UHGV virus genome: UHGV-0138245
Origin: a virus
Strand: one strand, 5' to 3'
Length of the DNA: 23,155 nucleotides
Below the pieces are notes generated by a model that did not search any database, was not told the DNA's origin, and saw nothing but the letters and a program-made list of their open reading frames with translations. Within the stretch, counting starts at the first letter, position 1; each line of letters opens with the position of its first letter. This document shows, one piece after another, positions 17,779 to 23,155 of this stretch. The translations under genes were made by a program, and so were the position numbers.

Positions 17779-18120
17779 TTAATTCGGCATGGTTAGCCGT
17801 CTGGGAAATAAGCTCACCACTGCACGAAAATGATTCATTGCTTTAATCAGCTCCCGCTTTTCGTCAGTGGTCAGCTCATTAATGCTGATGCTATGACGTT
17901 CAGCTGGAATTTTTGCCATAAAGAATATGGCAGCCAGTGCCCGTTTATTTTGTTCATTATTGATATCCCGTGGATCACGCATATCTTTAATAAACCGCTC
18001 AAGCTCTGACTCAATATTCAGGCCAAATACTTTCGCCCTTAACTCCGCAATGTGATTAAGTCCATTCAGGCGTTCACCGGGGCTTAATGGAACAGTCGCC
18101 GCAGCGCCTTCAATAGCCAT
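17779..18120 (-). CDS. Hypothetical early-operon protein
   Basis: 113-aa ORF with a G-rich Shine-Dalgarno, co-directional with cII. Confidence 0.5.
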   Translation of the reverse strand: MAIEGAAATVPLSPGERLNGLNHIAELRAKVFGLNIESELERFIKDMRDPRDINNEQNKRALAAIFFMAKIPAERHSISINELTTDEKRELIKAMNHFRAVVSLFPRRLTMPN

Positions 18121-18284
18121 TTGTTCCCCCGTTTTTTCGTTGATAGTTCTGCCAGCAATTCATCTTGTGAACGGCACGGATGCCAGCGTTTACCATCCTT
18201 ACCCATTATCCAGCCGTGACCGTAGTGCATTGCCGGGCTTTGTTTTACCAGCAGCGATGCAAATGATGGTTCTTTCGTCAGCAT
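18084..18284 (-). CDS. Hypothetical small early protein
   Basis: ATG at 18284 with GAGGTG Shine-Dalgarno, just after the cII stop; 66 aa; overlaps the next ORF. Confidence 0.4.
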   Translation of the reverse strand: MLTKEPSFASLLVKQSPAMHYGHGWIMGKDGKRWHPCRSQDELLAELSTKKRGNKWLLKALRRLFH

Positions 18285-18291
18285 AAGCACC

Positions 18292-18801
18292 TCACAGCAA
18301 ACCGAATGAAGCACCGAGGCCAGTCACGGTATCAACTGCACTCGCCATCGCAGGGTTAGCCTGTAAACGGGCCTGCAATGAAACAGCAGCCAGCGCCATC
18401 AGTCGTGTTACAGAGTTAATGCTGCTGATAGCATCACGACGACCTGCACTGGTTTTTACATCGCCAGATACCGCACCTGCAGCAACACGCCCGATCTCTG
18501 CGGTTGCACTCATGACGTAATGCGGCAGTTTCTCTTTTGCTACCTCATTAATAGGTACACATGGCAGGCAGTGAATCTGTGCCAGAAAACCATCTATCAG
18601 CGTTGAATCTTCAGTCAGATCGGTAAGCAGCCAGATTTCTGGCGCATTGAGCTGATGCGGTTGATCTGGGTTGAGTTTGTTTCGCAGAGTCTGGACATTC
18701 ATTCCTGCACGTTCTGCCAGCTTCGCCATATTGTGACGAAGTGCAAAAGCTCTACAGGCTTCATCAAAATGCGGGTGTTTGGAAATCTTATAATCAAACA
18801 T
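18292..18801 (-). CDS. cII: CII-like lysogeny-establishment regulator (phage 186 CII-like)
   Basis: 169-aa ORF with a helix-turn-helix (MAKLAERAGMNVQTLRNKL); second gene of the rightward early operon; resembles 186 CII as I recall it. Confidence 0.7.
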   Translation of the reverse strand: MFDYKISKHPHFDEACRAFALRHNMAKLAERAGMNVQTLRNKLNPDQPHQLNAPEIWLLTDLTEDSTLIDGFLAQIHCLPCVPINEVAKEKLPHYVMSATAEIGRVAAGAVSGDVKTSAGRRDAISSINSVTRLMALAAVSLQARLQANPAMASAVDTVTGLGASFGLL

Positions 18802-18833
18802 GCTACCCCCTTAGAAAGTTCTCATAATTGAAC

Positions 18834-19076
18834 TTACTTACCAACAATGACGCGGAAGTTGGAATGACCGAGGGATTCACGGACCTGATCGGTTTTGTAC
18901 ATCAGATAACGCAGGCTTACGCGGCCTTTGTTTTTTTCTTTCTTGACCATGTATTTAGCAAGCTGACCATGGTGAATTTTTTGATACACGGAGCCGCGGG
19001 AGATACCTTCCCATTCCGCGAACTCTGCAGGCGTAGCCATCTCTTTTGGTACACGAATTGAAATATCAGTACTCAT
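18834..19076 (-). CDS. apl: Apl/Cox-like excisionase and early-promoter regulator
   Basis: 80-aa helix-turn-helix protein, first gene downstream of the pR-like promoter and divergent from the repressor gene. Confidence 0.6.
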   Translation of the reverse strand: MSTDISIRVPKEMATPAEFAEWEGISRGSVYQKIHHGQLAKYMVKKEKNKGRVSLRYLMYKTDQVRESLGHSNFRVIVGK

Positions 19077-19114
19077 AGTGCAGTATCTCTTAGTTTGGTT
19101 TCGTTTTATCTTGT

Positions 19115-19149
19115 TTTATGTGGTTTGGTTTTGCTTTTCAAACCATAAA
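19115..19149. promoter_or_regulatory. Candidate repressor operator (imperfect inverted repeat) in the switch region
   Basis: TTTATG(T)GGTTTG ...N11... CAAACCATAAA, just downstream of the pR -10; flanked by GGTTTGGTTT-like direct repeats. Coordinates could be off by a few nt. Confidence 0.4.
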
Positions 19150-19152
19150 TGG

Positions 19153-19181
19153 ATATTAGGATCACTTTTTATATGCGTCAA
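19153..19181 (-). promoter_or_regulatory. Early lytic promoter (pR-like)
   Basis: On the - strand, TTGACG -35 and TAATAT -10 with 17-bp spacing, about 70 nt upstream of the apl start. Confidence 0.5.
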
Positions 19182-19192
19182 GGGGTTTGATT

Positions 19193-19825
19193 ATGAGTTT
19201 GATCAAGGCGGGAAATGATAGTGGTGGGCGCGATGCAATTAACAGGCTTATTAAGGCTTACAACTTCAGCTCACGACAGCAGCTCTGCGAACATCTGGAG
19301 GTATCCAAAAGCACTATGGCTAACAGATACTTAAGGGATAGCTTTCCTGCCGAATGGGTAATTCAATGTGCCCTTGAAACAGGAGTTTCCCTTCTATGGC
19401 TGGCTACTGGTCAAGGAGATATGTATGCGTGTGAGAACGAAGAAACAAATCTCAAAAATGAACCTCCCGTCACTGTAAGACCACTTTCTAAGATCGTTGC
19501 TCCTAGCATCAAACGTGTTGAACTGAAGAACGGCGAACTGCAGGCAAGTGATGAAATTCTTCTTGATAGCAGCCTGCTCGATGGTGACTCATCCAACGCT
19601 TTATTTGTTAAAACAGCTAATAATAGCTTTGTAGTGGATACGTCCGTTAAACAAGTCAGTAATGGCTTCTGGTTAGTCGATATGGACGGAGTTAAAAGCA
19701 TCGTCAAAATTGCGCGCATACCCGGAAACAAAATAGTAGTTAACCAAGATGACACTTCATTTGAATGTTCTGTAGATGATGTGGAAGTCGTAGGACGTGC
19801 AGTCAAAGTAATCAAGAACCTCTAA
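19193..19825 (+). CDS. cI: CI immunity repressor
   Basis: ATG at 19193 with AAGGGG Shine-Dalgarno (track ORF starts at a TTG six nt upstream); helix-turn-helix near the N-terminus; directly upstream of int and divergent from apl/cII, as in 186. Confidence 0.75.
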   Translation: MSLIKAGNDSGGRDAINRLIKAYNFSSRQQLCEHLEVSKSTMANRYLRDSFPAEWVIQCALETGVSLLWLATGQGDMYACENEETNLKNEPPVTVRPLSKIVAPSIKRVELKNGELQASDEILLDSSLLDGDSSNALFVKTANNSFVVDTSVKQVSNGFWLVDMDGVKSIVKIARIPGNKIVVNQDDTSFECSVDDVEVVGRAVKVIKNL

Positions 19826-19828
19826 CTT

Positions 19829-20845
19829 ATGACCATCAGAAAACAGCCGAACGGAAAATGGTTGTGTGAGTGCTATCCCAATGGACGCAATGGTAAGCGC
19901 GTGCGTAAGCAATTTGCTACCAAAGGCGAAGCCATTGCATTTGAAAGCTTCACCATGGACGAAGTAAACAAAAAGCCATGGCTTGGTGAGAAGGAAGATC
20001 GGCGGCGATTATCAGAAGTGATTGAGCAGTGGTATTCCCTATATGGTCAAACACTCGCAGACCCCAAACGCCTGATGGCGAAACTTAGAATTATCTGTAA
20101 TGGTCTAGGCGATCCCATCGCCTCTGAGCTGACAGCAGGTGATTTCACAAAATATCGGGAAGCCAGATTAAAGGGGGAGGTCCAAAATGAAGACGGCTCG
20201 TTCATGTCACCCGTTAAACCTCGCACAGTTAATCTTGAGCAGCGTAACCTGTCATCGGTGTTCGGTACATTGAAAAAACTAGGGCACTGGTCCGCACCAA
20301 ACCCGCTGGCAGGGCTTCCAACCTTCAAAATTGCTGAAGGTGAATTGGCTTTTCTTTCCACGGACGAAATCAAACGCCTGCTTAATGCCTGCGCCGAATC
20401 TCAAAACACCAGCCTACTAATGATTGCAAAAATATGCCTGGCTACTGGTGCGCGATGGAGTGAAGCAGAAAACTTGCAGGGCCATCAGTTATCAAAATAC
20501 CGGATCACCTATACCAAGACAAAAGGTAAGAAAAATCGTACCGTGCCGATATCTCAAAATCTGTATGATGAACTCCCCAAGAACAGAGGGAAACTATTCA
20601 CACCGTGCAGAAAAGCCTTTGAACGAGCAGTAAAGCGAGCAGGCATCGAGCTACCAGAGGGCCAATGCACCCACGTGCTGCGTCATACATTCGCCAGTCA
20701 TTTTATGATGAATGGCGGGAATATTCTTGTCCTTAAAGAAATATTGGGCCATGCCGATATAAAAATGACGATGGTTTACGCACACTTTTCTCCAGACCAT
20801 CTAGAAGATGCTGTTACAAAAAATCCTTTACATAATTTGGTTTAA
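19829..20845 (+). CDS. int: Tyrosine integrase (P2/186 Int family)
   Basis: 338-aa ORF with the catalytic signature (ATGARWSE; HVLRHTFAS H-x-x-R; MVYAHF catalytic Tyr). Confidence 0.9.
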   Translation: MTIRKQPNGKWLCECYPNGRNGKRVRKQFATKGEAIAFESFTMDEVNKKPWLGEKEDRRRLSEVIEQWYSLYGQTLADPKRLMAKLRIICNGLGDPIASELTAGDFTKYREARLKGEVQNEDGSFMSPVKPRTVNLEQRNLSSVFGTLKKLGHWSAPNPLAGLPTFKIAEGELAFLSTDEIKRLLNACAESQNTSLLMIAKICLATGARWSEAENLQGHQLSKYRITYTKTKGKKNRTVPISQNLYDELPKNRGKLFTPCRKAFERAVKRAGIELPEGQCTHVLRHTFASHFMMNGGNILVLKEILGHADIKMTMVYAHFSPDHLEDAVTKNPLHNLV

Positions 20846-20849
20846 TAGA

Positions 20850-21908
20850 ATGAAAAAAAAGCTCACATTAATCATTACCTACGCAATCATTACTATCTTA
20901 ATTGCCTTAGCATTGATATACACTAATCGTCCAAGAGTTTTTATCTTCTTTAGTGTAGCTTATATACTTGGATTGATACTTATGTTCTATTGCTTCAATT
21001 GGCTTAAACTAAATGAGAAAAATCTATTAAAACAACCATTATTCATAGCATCTATTATCGTACCGTTAAAAATGTTTGTTTTGTATGGCCTCTGGGCTTG
21101 GAAAGGCCACAATTTAAATTTCACATCAGACGGTTTTAATCACTTTCTTGACATCTCTAAATTGCCATTATTTATTTTAGCTTCTTCGGTACCTCTTGCA
21201 GCAATCGTCAACAATATACATAGAACCACACAAACAGAGAACCAAATAGAAAAAACACAAAAGCAAATCAATCTTGTTATTGAAAAAAACACCACTGATT
21301 CATATTACTCACATCTGAAAAGCTTCGCTGATATATTCCAAACACTACCAACATTTAAATTATCAAGATTAAATAAAGAAACTAGTGATATAGACAGTAT
21401 TGAACTATCTGTAGTTCATCCGTACACTCTTTATAAAAATATTTTCAAATCATCTTCCATTGATAATGGCTATAGCACCGCTGTCGAAGAAGATTTTATT
21501 CGAAAAACAACAAATCATTATAACAACATAAACAAATCGCTTAAGTCCAACAACAAAAATCATGACAACCAATTAGTTAGCCTACAACTCATAGAATCAA
21601 ACATAATTCAACTTTGCAGACTACTTGGAATTGATTATAAATACCAAGAACATCTTTTCTCAATAATTCCTGAACATCCAAAACCAGATACGGAAGCCAT
21701 AAGCATCTCATTCAATGATGAAAAACAACTAAAGCAAATGCTTTGGGGACTAAGAAATATTCTCATTGAGTTATATGTTTTAATCGACAAGGACCCCTCT
21801 ATCTTCCAAACAGGTAAAAGCAATGGTGATTACATACCTGAGTACGCACTATATGACGAAAAACTCTTTACAAGCATTTTACCTATATCAAATGACCAGC
21901 GCATTTAA
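20850..21908 (+). CDS. AT-rich membrane protein of unknown function (cargo gene between int and att)
   Basis: Real start MKKKLTLIITY... 5 nt after the int stop; four predicted N-terminal transmembrane helices then a ~230-aa Lys/Asn-rich soluble domain; ~28% GC against ~45-55% for its neighbours. Confidence 0.7.
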   Translation: MKKKLTLIITYAIITILIALALIYTNRPRVFIFFSVAYILGLILMFYCFNWLKLNEKNLLKQPLFIASIIVPLKMFVLYGLWAWKGHNLNFTSDGFNHFLDISKLPLFILASSVPLAAIVNNIHRTTQTENQIEKTQKQINLVIEKNTTDSYYSHLKSFADIFQTLPTFKLSRLNKETSDIDSIELSVVHPYTLYKNIFKSSSIDNGYSTAVEEDFIRKTTNHYNNINKSLKSNNKNHDNQLVSLQLIESNIIQLCRLLGIDYKYQEHLFSIIPEHPKPDTEAISISFNDEKQLKQMLWGLRNILIELYVLIDKDPSIFQTGKSNGDYIPEYALYDEKLFTSILPISNDQRI

Positions 21909-22021
21909 TGGCGACAAAGTGGCGGCAGAGCATTAAAAACGCATAAAACATATAAACAGTAAATAACACTAAAGGACTGTTTTTAAACGTAATTCACTGT
22001 TTTTATTACAGTAAAAATAGT

Positions 22022-22066
22022 ATGTAGGAATTTCGGACGCGGGTTCAACTCCCGCCAGCTCCACCA
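22022..22066 (+). other. ssrA: att core: 3'-terminal 45 nt of ssrA (tmRNA), fragment only
   Basis: ATGTAGGAATTTCGGACGCGGGTTCAACTCCCGCCAGCTCCACCA matches the E. coli tmRNA 3' end (T-arm, acceptor, CCA) as I remember it; no 5' acceptor strand or tmRNA body upstream. Confidence 0.8.
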
Positions 22067-22112
22067 AAATTCTCCATCGGTGATTACCAGAGTCATCCGA
22101 TGAAGTCCTAAG

Positions 22113-22146
22113 AGCCCGCACGGCGCAAGCCCTGCGGGCTTTTTTG
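22113..22146 (+). terminator. Intrinsic terminator downstream of the ssrA 3' end
   Basis: 8-bp stem AGCCCGCA/TGCGGGCT followed by TTTTTT. Confidence 0.6.
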
Positions 22147-22269
22147 TGCCCTCAATTTGTCCCGCGAAGTCCGAAGAGAACTGATTAAATCCGAACCTTT
22201 TAGGCCCATTGATAGGCCCAACGAAAAGCTCTATTGTTTTCGTTGGGCCTAAACGCATGGAGACTCCCC

Positions 22270-23103
22270 ATGGCAAGAAAAACCAAGCCGTTAACCGATA
22301 CGGAAATCAAAGCCGCCAAACCTAAAGATGCCGATTACCAGCTGTATGATGGTGACGGGCTTACTCTGTTAATCAAGTCCAGCGGTAGTAAGCTCTGGCA
22401 GTTCCGTTACTATCGACCTCTGACCAAGCAGCGAACCAAGCAGAGCTTCGGAGCCTACCCAGCCGTCTCCCTTTCTGATGCGCGTAAACTCAGAGCTGAA
22501 TCTCGAGTTTTGTTGGCAAAAGATATTGATCCTCAGGAACACCAGAAAGAACAGGTGAGGAATTCTCAAGAGGCCAAAACCAACACCTTCTTGTTAGTTG
22601 CCGAGCGTTGGTGGAATGTGAAGAAAGCCAGCGTAACAGAGGACTATGCCGACGATATCTGGCGCTCGCTTGAGAGAGATGTTTTCCCAGCAATCGGTGA
22701 TATCAGCGTCACTGAGATTAAGGCTCATACTCTAGTTAAAGCTGTTCAGCCGGTACAGGCCAGAGGTGCATTAGAGACTGTTCGCCGCCTTTGTCAGCGT
22801 ATTAACGAAGTCATGATTTATGCGCAGAACACAGGCCTGATTGATGCAGTTCCCAGTGTAAATATCGGAAAAGCGTTCGAGAAACCGCAAAAGAAAAACA
22901 TGCCGAGTATCCGTCCGGATCAGCTTCCACAGTTAATGCAAACAATGCGTACAGCAAGTATCAGTATGTCAACGCGGTGCTTGTTCATGTGGCAGCTTCT
23001 CACCATTACCCGCCCTGCCGAAGCCGCTGAGGCACGATGGGATGAAATCGATTTCAGTGCTAAAGAATGGAAAATTCCAGCAGCTCGTATGAAGATGAAC
23101 TGA
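22270..23103 (+). CDS. intA: P4/CP4-57-type tyrosine integrase (IntA-like), C-terminally truncated; probable pseudogene
   Basis: MARKTKPLTDTEIKAAKPKDADYQLYDGDGLTLLIKSSGSKLWQFRYY... N-terminus about 200 bp after the ssrA end. The ORF stops after ...IPAARMKMN (278 aa), before the H-x-x-R and catalytic Tyr motifs. Confidence 0.75.
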   Translation: MARKTKPLTDTEIKAAKPKDADYQLYDGDGLTLLIKSSGSKLWQFRYYRPLTKQRTKQSFGAYPAVSLSDARKLRAESRVLLAKDIDPQEHQKEQVRNSQEAKTNTFLLVAERWWNVKKASVTEDYADDIWRSLERDVFPAIGDISVTEIKAHTLVKAVQPVQARGALETVRRLCQRINEVMIYAQNTGLIDAVPSVNIGKAFEKPQKKNMPSIRPDQLPQLMQTMRTASISMSTRCLFMWQLLTITRPAEAAEARWDEIDFSAKEWKIPAARMKMN

Positions 23104-23155
23104 ATCGCCACGGGTTTAACAGACACCTCAGAGTCATTTAAGATGGCTTAAAGAG

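Larger units (their letters stand above)
1..22066. mobile_element. P2/186-family prophage (partial; left end lies beyond the window start), bounded on the right by the ssrA-derived att core
   Basis: Conserved P2/186 late and early gene order on both strands, tyrosine integrase next to a 45-nt tmRNA 3'-end fragment. Confidence 0.85.

Noticed and set aside
21997-22011. LexA-like CTGT...ACAG element near att
   Set aside because: Spacer is 7 nt, not the 8 nt of a LexA box; more likely part of the att-arm palindrome.
21961-22066. A complete tRNA or tmRNA gene ending at the CCA at 22066
   Set aside because: No complementary 5' acceptor strand (GGAGCTG or GGGGCTG) or tmRNA body is present upstream; upstream sequence is AT-rich phage DNA, so this is only the 45-nt att core.
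21983-22276. 97-aa - strand ORF spanning the ssrA fragment and terminator
   Set aside because: It is the antisense translation of the tmRNA 3' end and its terminator hairpin.
1-23155. CRISPR array, rRNA or IS element
   Set aside because: No regularly spaced direct repeats, rRNA-like sequence, or transposase with terminal inverted repeats was seen.

Overview
This window is the right-hand ~22 kb of a P2/186-family (186-like) temperate prophage, followed by its attachment-site core (the 3'-terminal 45 nt of ssrA/tmRNA) and the start of a second, CP4-57-type island whose integrase is cut short. Order on the - strand, right to left: head genes O-N-M-L, gpX, a lysis cassette (holin, SAR endolysin, LysA-like, nested LysB/LysC spanins), tail completion R-S, baseplate V-W-J-I and the N-terminal part of tail fibre H. 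Divergent from O on the + strand: terminase P, an extra terminase-like gene, portal Q, then a terminator and a cos-like site. Further right: a LexA-box-controlled small-ORF plus DinI-like module, replication gene A, Dam methylase, a TraR-like zinc finger, small early ORFs, CII and Apl-like genes (- strand), then the switch region, CI repressor, integrase and an AT-rich membrane-protein gene (+ strand). The two things most worth follow-up are (1) the truncated terminase-ATPase paralog wedged between P and Q with overlapping start/stop codons on both sides, and (2) the ~28% GC four-helix membrane protein sitting between int and the att core. No CRISPR array, rRNA or complete tRNA/tmRNA gene is present. 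All homology calls are from reading the translations against remembered phage proteins; no database search was run.
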